A stretch of 64,000 nt of DNA from Amoebophrya sp. A120 (lineage: Eukaryota > Protista > Dinoflagellata). The translations under genes were made by a program, and so were the position numbers. The DNA lies in contig CAJINV010000004.1 in NCBI GenBank assembly GCA_905178155.1, positions 11,696,492-11,760,491 on the forward strand, read 5' to 3'. The notes under the pieces were generated by a model. The model searched no databases. It was not told the origin of the DNA and saw only the letters and a program-made list of their open reading frames with translations. Shown here piece after piece: positions 24,653-36,000 of the stretch. The stretch's first letter is position 1. Each line of letters starts with the position of its first letter.

Positions 24653-27600
24653 TTATGCAAAGATGAAACTCCAAAGATTGTCCTCCCACGAAGGTTCCAA
24701 AACCTCCTCGGCCACCTGCTCCACAACTGTGCTTTTCCTCGCTTTATCCACCTCGGCTTTGCGTTCGTTTTCTTGTATCAAATACGGATAGTACTGCGCT
24801 TCCAACGGCTGCATCCCCGTACTCCCGTCTACAATTCTTGCGGCGTTATAGTTGTTTTGCATTACTTGATGTCCTGACTGTGTTCTACTCCTTGCGGTTG
24901 AGGTAGCCTGCTGCGCCAGGTAGAAAAGGTGGTCGTCGGGGAGATCTGCAGCATCCGCTTCACCATCATCAACCTTATTTCTCCGTTCCGCCGATGGCCC
25001 AGTAGTTGTTCTTGCGAACACAAGCTCCTCAAATTCCCCTGCAGCCCCCGGGTTGCCAAGAATTAAAGCGGACTCTTTACTGGCCCCTCCTTCCGACGAC
25101 GATGGTGGTTCCGGGTAGTACAAAGCTGCCCGATCTACTCCTCCTGCGGGTTTCTCGTGCACGTTTCCTCCCATCTGCGAGCTGTGCCGCAGGTGCGGGT
25201 GAATGGAGTTGTAGTTCAGTTTTCCGTGTGCGTTCGGCGGTCCGCGCAGGTAGTGGTGGTCGCCGATGAAGTTGGGGATTTCGGCGCCCTCGAGTTTGGA
25301 CGGGCGGTACGGGTTGTTGCCCATCGCGTAATCCTTCAGCGTCCCCGTGCGGCCACACGCGCTGCATTGGTGATCGATGCTCGGAGGACCGCGAATGGTG
25401 TTGTGGAGAGCCGCATTGTAGCCGAGATTTTGCGCGTTGGGCGGAAGAGGGGCCCCGCCGACGGAAGGAGCCGCTTTTTGCTGCTGCGCTTGGGTCTGGA
25501 ATTTGTTTGATGCACTTGCTTTGGGAGGTACGATTTTTGTGTAAGTGAGCTGCAGCGGACGAATCAATAAATTATCCGCAGCTGGAAGTAGAACAAGAAG
25601 AAACAAACTGAAAGAAAAAACTCCAAGCACAAACATCTATCGTCATCGTTGAAAAGGATATCTGTAGTACTTACCCCCTTGTGAAAGCCGAGCACATTCT
25701 CCGCATATCCCGCGGGCAGCGGTAATTGCGGATACCCCGGAAGGCCCTTGACGATCCGCTTCCTTCCGTCGGGGAAAACCAAACGATAGGTTGGCACGGG
25801 GACTCTGCTATGGATTGCAAACATGTCTGGGTCTGGAAACTTGTAATGCTAAAAGTGAATGATAGACGCGCGGCAATACGCAGCTATGCATGACAAATTT
25901 TGTGATTGTGGCTGCCATATCTTATGTATTCCGCATGGCAAACTGCCTTTTCGCATGACAGTTAAGAGGGCCCTTGCGTGCCTATGCAACGCAGATTCTC
26001 GAGTCATGCCAGACAAGCATGACAAACTTGCATTCTTCCAGACCCAGACATTTTTGCATTTGATATCTGCGGACTACGGGCATGTCGACGAAATCGACGC
26101 TCTATCCTGTGCAAAAGTATCGTATTCGTATTGCAATCATGCATTTTTTTGAAGGTAAATCCGCATTACAAATTTTTTTCTCATGCTGAGGAAATAATTT
26201 GTAATGCATTTATACGAGTACGATACTTTTGCAGTTCATACGCTCGGCGCCTCGACGATGTTGCTCACCTCTTGCGTTTCCGTAGTCTTCAGCACCGCGT
26301 TGCCCTGATAGGTTTTTTGTTTGTCCTTCTTTCACGTACTGTATTTCCCGGAAATAATGGCAGAAGGATGAACTAAGTATGCAGATGCACCCCCACAACT
26401 GTGGATGTTTTTCTTTTGTAACAGGTTGAATAAAAACCAGCAAATAAATCAAAATCCGCCACCGTCTACAACTGTACGTATGCGTCCACGCTTCCCGCGG
26501 CCTTCAGCGCCGCTGCCCCGGTTCTGCTCGCGGCCAAGCCCTGCAATTCTGCAAGTTCCTTCTGCTCGGCAGCGTCCGCTTCCGTGATGGTTTTCAGATC
26601 GGACAGGTCCGCCTTGCGCCCGGTCGCGGCGTCCATGATGTACACCGGGACCCGTTGCTCCACTTTTTTCTTCACTCCCCGGTTCTTCACGACCGTTTCC
26701 TCGACGATTTTGTCCACGATCACCTCCCTATGCAGTCCAAAAGCATCGCATTTGACGCACGGTACTAAACTTGCGTGTACAGTATTAAAATGACACATCT
26801 GCCTTGTTACCTGAATCTGCATGACACGTTTCCTTTTTCTTCCTGAGAAAATTTGGCATGCGAATTATGCTAGTCCGACTACGATCAAACTTTTGCAATG
26901 CATACTCCCGGTACTCCGTTCGGTCCTCGTAAAAGACCTTCTCGTCGTAGATCACTTTCGGGATCTCAATGTACCGATCCTCGTAGATGATCTTCGGCAC
27001 CTCCACCCGTTTTTCCTCCACCATCACGGTCGTGGGCCCCTCCACTTCCTTCGTCACGTACTTCACGTATCCAGAAAAAAAAGTAAGTGTAACTTTCTTT
27101 GAGAAACAGCATCACAAATTTGCTTTACATGACAGAGAAAACCTGTCATGCGTGGCTTGTAAGGGAAAACACACACGAAAAGAGGACTTCATGGCTGTCT
27201 GGCATGACAGGTGTAACTCTGTTGCATGTTCTGCATCACAAATTTACACTTACACAGTTTTTTTCTTGCATATCACGACGGGAACCTCCACAAACTTCTC
27301 CACCACCTCAATCACCGGCTTCTCCACCACCCGCTCCTCGAGCACCGGCACCCGTTTGACCTTGGTGCGCTCCTTGACCACCACCTGCGGCACCTCCATC
27401 ACCTTCTCGACCACCCGGTAGTACTATGCATTGCAAATATGCCTGGGTCTGGAAAAGTGCCAAGTTTGTCATGCTAAACAGAAGTGCCAAGCTTGTCATG
27501 CATATTTCCATGCCCATGAAGTCTGTGATGCATGCCCTAGCATCACAGATGCTGCGAGAGCTTTCTCATGCTTAAACCGCATGAGAAATGCCCTCTTTGC

Positions 27601-29187
27601 GTGGCAAAAACTGGACCTCTTTTGCCGTTCATGCAATACAGGTTTTTTGCAGAGTCCAAAGGTAGGTAGCATCACAAGTTATAACTCTTCCCGGCGACCC
27701 AGCCATATTTGCAGTTGATAAGGGCTTGATCCCGACGATGAGCTTTTTTTGCTTCTCCGTGATCGTTATCAACTGTAAAAATGTCTGGGTCAGGAAGATT
27801 TCTACATTTGTCATGCATACTATCCATGACCCAGGATGTCTGTGATGCATGCCGTAGCATCACAGATTTTTAGAGCGCTTTTTCATGCCTATGTATTCCG
27901 CATGACAGATGCCATCTCCGCGGAGCACAAAATCTACTCCTCTTGCTGGTCATGCAATACCAATCTTTTTCGAATCCAGAGACAGCATCACAAGTTTAGA
28001 CTCTTCCAGACCCAGACATTTTTGCATTTGATAATCGTCTGCAGCTTCACGTTCGTCGTCTCCACCTCGCGCTCTTCCTTCCGCAGCGTCTCCTCGACCA
28101 GCCGCTCCTCCACGAACCGGCCCTCCAGCACGTAGTTTTGCACCACCCGCTCGCCCTGCGCGAGTTTGATGCCGTCCTCGGCATCGTGGTGCGGGCCCAG
28201 GTTGTTTGCCGCGTTCAATAGCGCTTCCCGGCCGTGGTGGTCCAGGTGCTCCTCCTCGCTGTCCTCGTTGTATTTGCGCTCCGGCACGTTGTGCGCCCGC
28301 AGAAAGTGGTCGTCCCGGGCGAGGTCGTACGCGTGGGCGTCGTATGTACTGCAAAAATGTCTGGGTCTGGAAGGTGGTAACTTGTCATGGTAAATCTGAA
28401 GCATGCAAAACTCTGTGTTGCATGAGTGCCAAAAACTGTCCACTTTCGCTAGGTTGGGAGGGAGTTTCTCCTGCAGGATAGGCATGGCAGAGACCTCGCA
28501 GAGTCCGTCATGCTACGTCCCGCATTCCAGACCTCGCGGGTCATGGAAAATCTGCATGACAAGTTTACACTCTTCCAGACCCAGACATTTTTGCATTTGA
28601 TACGTCGAGCACCCGCTCGATGTCCCGCGGGTCATCGTCGTCAATTTGCACGCCGGCTTGGTTTATCAAATGTAAAAGTGTCTGGGTCTGGAAACTTGTG
28701 ATACTGGGTGGCGTCTCATGATGAGGCTACAAATGCTGGCTCAGCATGACAAGTTTCTGAGCTCCTAGGTGTTGCCTATTCTGCATGATAAACTGCGCTT
28801 CTGCATCACAGAAAAACGGAGCTCTTGGGTAACGTGCGTGACAGATTTAAGAGTCATGCCAGACAAGCATGACAAACATGAATTCTTCCAGACCCAGACA
28901 TTTTTACAGTTGATATGGCTGAGCACGCCGGACAGCAGCGGCGCGGGTCCGTCGGTCTCCGCGGGCAGGAAGAGAAAAGAACTATTGTTCGCGGGTTGTT
29001 GATGACTTCTCGTCGGGGACCGCGAGGAGCTTGAAGATGTTGCACCAGGCTCGTCGTTGTCCTGGTGACGGTTGGTCGTGTTGTACTCCGCATCAATGAT
29101 CTGCTCGACAGTTTCCTGCGGCGGCTGCTCTTTTTTCTTCCGGTCGTGCAGCGTCTGCAGCGTCGGCTCGCCCTTCGTGTTGATCAT
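24653..29187 (-). CDS. Alveolin / inner-membrane-complex (IMC, articulin-like) protein, ~11 exons
   Basis: After removing 8 TIR elements and GT-AG intron 26305-26477, one frame reads VVEKVMEVPQVVVKE...VVEKPVIEVVEKFVEVPVV|KYVTKEVE...KRVEVPKIIYEDRYIEIPKV...EYRE|VIVDKIVEE, the alveolin EKIVEVP-type repeat. The acceptor of the last intron (donor 25674) and the true start are uncertain. Confidence 0.8.
25809..26065. mobile_element. TIR introner family 1 (257 bp)
   Basis: Direct repeat TCTGC; join MPVVRR|VPVPTY. Confidence 0.9.
26103..26240. mobile_element. TIR introner family 2 (138 bp)
   Basis: TATCCTGTGCAAAAGTATCGTATTCGTAT...ATACGAGTACGATACTTTTGCAGTTCATA; direct repeat CGCTC; join VEAPS|VDFVD. 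Confidence 0.9.
26729..26904. mobile_element. TIR introner, degenerate family 2 (176 bp)
   Basis: TATGCAGTCCAAAAG...CTTTTGCAATGCATA; direct repeat CTCCC; join EYRE|VIVDK. Confidence 0.85.
27068..27272. mobile_element. TIR introner family 3 (205 bp)
   Basis: TATCCAGAAAAAAAAGTAAGTGTAAC...ATTTACACTTACACAGTTTTTTTCTTGCATA; direct repeat TCACG; join EVPVV|KYVTK. Confidence 0.85.
27425..27720. mobile_element. TIR introner family 1, diverged (296 bp)
   Basis: Family-1 TIRs with mismatches; flanks AGTAC/AGGGC (decayed TSD); element+5 nt removal restores IVGIK(P/Y)YRVVEK. Confidence 0.85.
27767..28033. mobile_element. TIR introner family 1 (267 bp)
   Basis: Direct repeat ATCGT; join KLQTI|TEKQKK. 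Confidence 0.95.
28343..28602. mobile_element. TIR introner family 1 (260 bp)
   Basis: Direct repeat CGTCG; join ERVLD|AHAYD. Confidence 0.95.
28664..28915. mobile_element. TIR introner family 1 (252 bp)
   Basis: Flanks TGGTT/TGGCT (one mismatch); join GVLSQ|AGVQID. Confidence 0.9.
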
Positions 29188-29960
29188 CCTTTGTAGTTTC
29201 GTCGGGGGAGATTTGTTTAGATATAGTAACTTCAACTTCTAGTAAGTATAATGCCTTCCCTTCGGGGAGCGGGCTCGTTTTGTGTCGTGTCTACAATTGG
29301 TATTTGTCGACCGATCTTCATTCATTTTTCTGTCGCTGGCGCTCTTAGGCGGCAAAAGAATACTCAACAGTTTCTTTCTTGATGACGCTCTCGACGCCAC
29401 ACAAGACCCCCAAGTATTTGCTCATGCTTCGTCTTTTTTCGCTCTGCTCTCAGGTTCGCAGCACCATGCACATGTCCACGAGGCCGCTGAGGCGCTGCAA
29501 ACAATCAAGATGAACGGTAACCAAGAGGACGTGGAGTGACTTCTCAAACAGATGCGTGGGGAGAGAGAGAGCGACGATTGCGAGATCGACTATGGTTCTC
29601 CATAAACAGAATGTTTGGCTTGCATGCGACTGCGAGTCAACAAGTACTGCGACGACAAGAAGAATCATCTTCGATAGGCACCTCTGTACAACTCTCATCA
29701 GCCTGTTTTACTTGAGAGTGAAGACAAAGTAGCATGAGAATTTGTAACTTCTGCGAACTCCTCGAGAGATAGCAGGAGTCGTGCGTTAGCGTTCATTCAA
29801 AGGAGATTTGAGTTTCGCTAACTGGCCTGTATAAGTAGATACTGCAGATGCATTTGGTGTTGTGAGCCGTGTGTTCATTAGACGGTGACGGAGGTGTGCA
29901 AAATTTCAACAAAATTATGCTGCGATTGCGAATCGAATTTCATTCCGCTTCACCCCGCCA

Positions 29961-32703
29961 TCAGAGCCATGAGGAGTTCGCGACCCGTTTCGACTTTCCG
30001 GCGTTATCAACATCCGCCTGCTGCTCGGCCATCCTTTTCAGACCCGCGCGACAGAGCGCTTTCACATCCATACTGGGATCAACCCGCAGCTGGCTCACCA
30101 AGGCTTTTTTCCCTTCCTCACACGGTACGCGGGTCAGCGCCTCCGCCATCAGCAGCCTCGTGTACTCCGCTTTCTCTTTCCGCATCGCCTGCCCGAGTCG
30201 CGAAGCGAGGGCGTTCGCTTCGCTCAGCGTCGTCGTTGAGGTGGCAGTGGCACGAGTTGTTCCGCTTGCCGCTGCTGCCACTGCTGGTGGGCAAGCACTG
30301 GAGCTGCCGCCGACTTCGCTCCCGGCGCCAGCGCCTGTAGACGTCGCATGATGAGTCATCTGGTCCTCCTTGTCTCCCTCCTGCAGCAATTGTGTCGTCA
30401 GCATGGCGTTGCGCAGACGTCGCTCCTCCTCCAAACTCTTGCAGGCGTGCAGGTCGTGAATCAGTTGGGATATCGCCAGCGTTCGGATCCACTCGTCGTG
30501 ATCCTCCAGTAGCTCCCGCACTCGCGCTTTCGCCTCCGAGTCGAAGTTCGAGATGTCCCCGAGGCCGCAGCAGGCGAAGGCCCGTAAGTGGGGAAATTGC
30601 TCGTTGTAACTCCATATGAAATGCAAAAATGTCTGGGTGTCGGTGTGGAAAAGTGTAAACTTGTCATGCAGATTTTCCATGACCCGTGGGCATGGCCATG
30701 AGGTCTGGTTCTGGAATGCGGGACTTAGCATGACAGACTCTCCGAGGTCTTTGCCATGCCTATGCTGCATGAGAAACTCCCTTCCAACTTGGTCAAAAGT
30801 GGACCGCTTTTTCGCTCTCATGCAAGACATATTTTTGCATGCTTCAGATTTACCATGACAAGTTGCCGCCTTCCAGACCGAGACACTTTTGCATTTGATA
30901 CTCCATTCTTGCAGTTTCCACGACAGCTTCTTCCGGAAGTGGCTCGACCCCTGGTGCCACAGTTGCTCGACCGACTTCAGGACCGGAGGCGGTCGTTTTG
31001 CCACTGCGGTGGAAGAACCAGAGCTTCTTCGGTTTCTTGCTGGCGCAGGGGGTGAAGCGGATGACGCAACAAGGTCAAGTTGGTTCCCCGTAGAAGCAGG
31101 CGGGTTCGGTGCGCTTACCGAAGTTGCTTCTGGAGCTGCTAGGATGGTTCTCGCACCCCCTTGTTGATGTCCCGCGGTCGCGCTTGGTGTTGTTGTTCCC
31201 CATGTCCTCGCGCCAACATTTGTCCTCTCGCCCGGGAGGCCCTCGGGATGAAGCACGTCCAGGCTCCGGTAGAACTGGTTCTCCTGCTCCTCATCTTCTG
31301 ATTGGTCTTGCTCACCCCCATGCCATAGTGAAGACGCGTCGACAAACAGAGCCTTGGCGAGATCTTTTGCGTAGCGAGCGTTTGGATTTTGTTCACAATA
31401 AGTAGTACTTCCTGATGACGATGTTGCTCTACTTTGCCCTCCCCCACCTCGCGGAGCCAAAGTCGTCGCATCCTTGAACAAATCGGTGTCCAGATTTCTC
31501 TCCGACCGGTTGGCTTGGCTGCAGATGCTTACCAGGCGGAGGTGCCGCCACTGCTGGAACAGCAGTTCCTCGTATTCGCGGCGAATATCATCTGCAAAAG
31601 TATCGCACTCGTAGTAATTGCAATCACGCATTACAAATCTTTTGCTTAAGGTAAATCCGCGTCACAAATTTGATTTCTCATTCTGAGGAAATTTGTAATG
31701 CATTTATCCGAGTACGATACTTTTGCAATGCATAGCGAAATGGCCGGAACAGCTCAGCATCTCCCTTGCACACCAGTTCCCACTGCTTCAGCTCCTTCCC
31801 GAAACCTCTTTCTAGCAAGATGTCCAGCGCCGCACTGCGGATGGCTTGGTGGAGGTCAGAGTGAGAAAGTTGAGGGTTCTGCTGTTTTTCAACATTGATT
31901 GCGTCTTCGTCATCATTCGGTGGTCGCTCAACATGCCCTTCCTGACGTTGAGCAGCACTGCTGACTGCGTCGTTTATTTGTTCATCCTCTACTTGCACTT
32001 GGTCGTGCAAAAAGGGCACTTTCCCTCTGTCAGCAGCGAGACCAGGCGGTGCATCGCCCGGTGTTCTTGGAAGTTCTTTTTCCAGTACAGTGTCAGGAGT
32101 GCCGCTAGGACCGAGAAAACCCTCTCGGCGTGGCCGAGCAATTGGTGTAGCAATGCCCATGTCAGCGTCGTGCGGAAGATGATCGACGTTGTGTATCTGT
32201 ATGTGCTGTCCTCCAGCGCTTGTTTGGGGTTCATCTTCCGTAACTACGCTGCAATACGGAGGCGTGGCCTGCTGGTCGGAGGTTCCAATTCTAGCTGGCG
32301 ATCTACTTCTCTTTTTCCGACTACGGCCCGAATAAACCGGCGTGAACAAGGGGCGCCAACACGAGGGTGTTGATCTATGTTGCATCGACGACGAGCAGCC
32401 AGGCGTTTCATGCTGTCCTCTACTTCGTAGTTTGACGGGTTCCGTGGAAACAGAGACTGCGCTCCTTGTCGAGGCGGAGCAGTCGTGTTGGTATGTTTGA
32501 TCTTGCGGATGTTCATCCCCTTCTGGTGAAGCGGTTTCTGAGCTCGAGGTAGTTGTAGACCAATCTGACCCAGCGTGCAGCTTCCGCGTCAGCCCGGTAG
32601 ACGCAAAGCGCAGGCGAGCACCTGACACATCGAAGTAGAAAAAGGAAGATATTAGGGCACATACGGAAACGAGACCACGACGTGTGGGATAATTGTTGGC
32701 CAT
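29961..32703 (-). CDS. Hypothetical protein with signal-peptide-like N-terminus (3 exons)
   Basis: ORFs 31678..32958 and 29961..31631 join across the TIR element at 31586 (LFRPFR|REYEEL); element at 30615 removed gives KLQEWS|YNEQF. Leader MANNYPTRRGLVSVCALISSFFYFDVSGA. Confidence 0.6.
30615..30900. mobile_element. TIR introner family 1 (286 bp), in frame and stop-free
   Basis: Direct repeat CTCCA; ORF 29961..31631 reads straight through it. Confidence 0.9.
31586..31734. mobile_element. TIR introner family 2 (149 bp)
   Basis: TATCATCTGCAAAAGTATCGCACTCG...CGAGTACGATACTTTTGCAATGCATA; direct repeat GCGAA. Confidence 0.9.
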
Positions 32704-33073
32704 TTTCTTCGATATTTGCATTTGCTTTGTCAAGTTCAGCCGCGGCTTTGGTTGCAGCCTGGTACCACTTTTGGATACGCACAGTTCACGCACTGAAACT
32801 TGAACTTCCCACCTTCTTTGCCAAAGGTCGAAGATCGAGAAAAACCACAACCACGAAGCAGGATCTGGGGAAAAATTAAACCTTAGACACACAGAAGAGA
32901 AGAAAACATTGATCATTGGACTGTCATTCAGATTCAGGGGAACACCGACAATTATCAAAATTGATTTTCTTCACAAGATGGAACTCCACGTAGAAGTAGA
33001 TACAACTGAGGAAGTCGTTTGTTGAGCTGACTTATTGCTTTGGTTGTTTATCTCAAGGCTTGGCATTGAAAAA

Positions 33074-36000
33074 TTATTCTTTGTGCTGTGTAAGTAGAGC
33101 TGTTCCACCACTCGAACGCTGTGCTAGTGACGGCGCGAGAAACGAAGTTGCCCCGGCACCAAATGCTACGCCTGGTGTAGTTTGCGGCACCGGCGCACCA
33201 AAGCCAAGTGGCGTAGTAGAAGCGAATTGTGGAAAGGACGACGACGCAGAACTCGCTGTCCGCAGTGGCTGATGGAACTGCGAAATAGCGGGGACGTCGC
33301 CGGACGAACAAGAAGCGAAACCCGGCCTAGCACGACCGCTGGGAATTATCATGGTCGTCCTTGAACTTGAAGAAGATGAGGCACCACTCCCTCCTCCAAA
33401 ATGGCCCCACGACGTTGGCGGCGCAAACTGTGACGTCGTGGAGGGCTTTCCCGCGGTCGTGCCGGCTGTTTTCACAGAAGTTCCTGTCGTAATCCTGGTC
33501 GTACTAGTACTTCCACCAAAAGCTGCTGCAGAAGAACCACTTGATGAAGTTGCTGATGCTCCTGTCTTCCTTGCTTTTTGCGCCTGTAGTTTCTCCTTCT
33601 TCTCCTCCGCTAGAACCTCATCGTCCCATTTGAAAAATTCGCAGCTGGTGTACGTATATCAAATGCCAATATTTCTGGGGCTGGATGATCACGATTCCGA
33701 GATTTGTCATGCAGTTTTTCCAAGCTCCGCCAAGTCTGTAATGCCGGGCCTAGCATCACAGGTTCTGCAGCCCCTTGGTGATGGTGATGCCTATTCTGCA
33801 TGAGAAATGACTCCCCGGTATGGCTAGAAATGGGCACCTTTTGCAAGTCATGGAACACAGATTTTCGTATGATCCGCAACACGCATCACAAGTTCGTATC
33901 CTTCCAGACCCAGACATTTTTGCAGTTGATAACGTAGCACTGCTCGTCGTGGAGGTCTGCAGCTTCGTCTTAGACGGGTCGAAGTTGTTAGTTCCCGGTT
34001 CCTTTTTGCCTTTGCCCTTCCCCTATCAAGTGTAAAAGTGTCTGGGTCTGGAAGAATGCAACTTGTCATGCTAAATCTGAACAAGGCAAAAATCTGTGTT
34101 GCATGATTACCAAAAGTCGTCCAGTTTTGACCAAGTCGGGAGGGAGTTTCTCATGCAGGATAGGCATGAGAGAGACAGAGATCGCGCAGAATCTGTCATG
34201 CTAGGTCCTGCATTCCAGACCTCATGGGTCATGGAAAAGCTGCATGACAAGTCGCGCATTCTTCCAGACCCAGACATTTTTACTGTTGATATCCCCCCGC
34301 CCGCCCGACCGCTCCCAGTCCTCGGATTGGTGCAGCTCCAGAAGTACCGCCCGAGATTCTGGTTCGCTTTGAAAACCGGCTTCAGCATCGCCCGCTTTAT
34401 CAAATGTAAAAATGTCTGGGTCTGGAAGAATGCAACTTGTGGTGCTGAATTTGGATTCCAAAAAAATCTGTATTGCATGAGCAGCAAAGGGAATGTAATT
34501 TTTGGTGCGCGGAGAGGGCATTTGTCATGCGGAATAGGCATCGCGAAGCCCTCAAAAAATCTGTGATGCTAGGGCGTGCATCACAGACATTGCGGCCCAT
34601 GCAAAACATGCATGACAAGTCTCAGAATCTTCCAGACCCAGACATTTTTACATTTGATACGCTTCCCGCAGTGGCAATTCGGCGCGCGGTTGCTCACGTC
34701 GTAATTGCGCTCGCGGAACGTGAAGGAAAGCCGGCCCTCCCCGCTGATCGGGTGCTCGTGCAGTTTGTTGTCGACCGGAACTTCGTGGCGCCAGAACTCC
34801 TGGAAACCCTCCCACATGACGAGCAGAGAATTGTGGGGAAGGCGGATCGCATAGGACGTCACGCGGCCCTTCTGTGTGCTTGAGGGTGTCTCTTTGTTCG
34901 CTGTTGGTGTCGCTATGTTGCTCTTTGATGTGTTTTTCGGCAGCTTTCGCTGATCCTTGTTCTTATCGTCGACAGGTGTGGTCTCAATCTCAACGTAATT
35001 CACAGGCTTCATTTTGAATTGCCGACTTGCGCCCAGCGTGAAGGCCGCCACCAGAGCCCAGGGCCCGATGCTCTGCACGGGGTCGGAGTGCGCGCCCAGG
35101 AAATCGGACTTCGCCGTGTAGTAGTTGCAAACGCAAAAATCCGGTTTCCACATCGGCGCACCGGGACCGGGAATGTACTGTCCAAAGTGTTTGATGGTGG
35201 AGAGATTCGCACCGGCAGCCGCACGCTGGAGACGGAGGAGGCGGAGACAGGTCGTGCTGGTGGACGATGAAGCTTGGTGCTCTTCTCGTCTATTGCCATT
35301 GGTCGTTGGTTCATTTGGATTTTTCCCCGGCTTCTCGACAGAAGTATTAATCGTTTTTGGTACAACTACTGCTGTCCTCTCCCCAAGACTCTTCCAAGCC
35401 TCGTCTCGCGGTCTTTTCTCGTTCCCGACAAGAAATTTCTCACACCCGATCGCCACGGCGCCCGAGCGCAACTGTTGCACGCGATTCGTGATCACGTTCC
35501 GCACGTGCGCCACACGGTCGCCAAAATCGGTGTTTTTCCAATTTTTCGGTAGGTGGTCGAAGGAAAATCCGGTTTGCAGCCGGTGAGACACGATCTCCTT
35601 GTCGTACAGCCACCGCTTGGATTGGCGCCAGGTCACTTCCAGGAAGCGTGTAAGGAGGTCGTCGGCAAAGTCCTTCGCGAAAATGTTCTCCATCAGGTTC
35701 TATCAAATGCAAATATGTCTGGGTCTGGAAGAATGCAAGTTTGTCATGCTGCTTTTCCATGACCCATGAGGTCTGGAATGCCGGAGCTAGCATGACAGAT
35801 TCTGCGAGAACTTTCTAATGCCTATCCTGCATGAGAAACTCCCTCCAAACTTGGTCGAAAGTGGACTGCTTTTGGCACTCATGCAACACAGATTTCTGCA
35901 TGATTCAGATTTAGCATGACAAGTTGCATTCTTCCAGACCCAGACATTTTTACAGTTGATAGGTTCACCGGGCAGTGCTTCTCCAGTTCGGCCACGGTGA

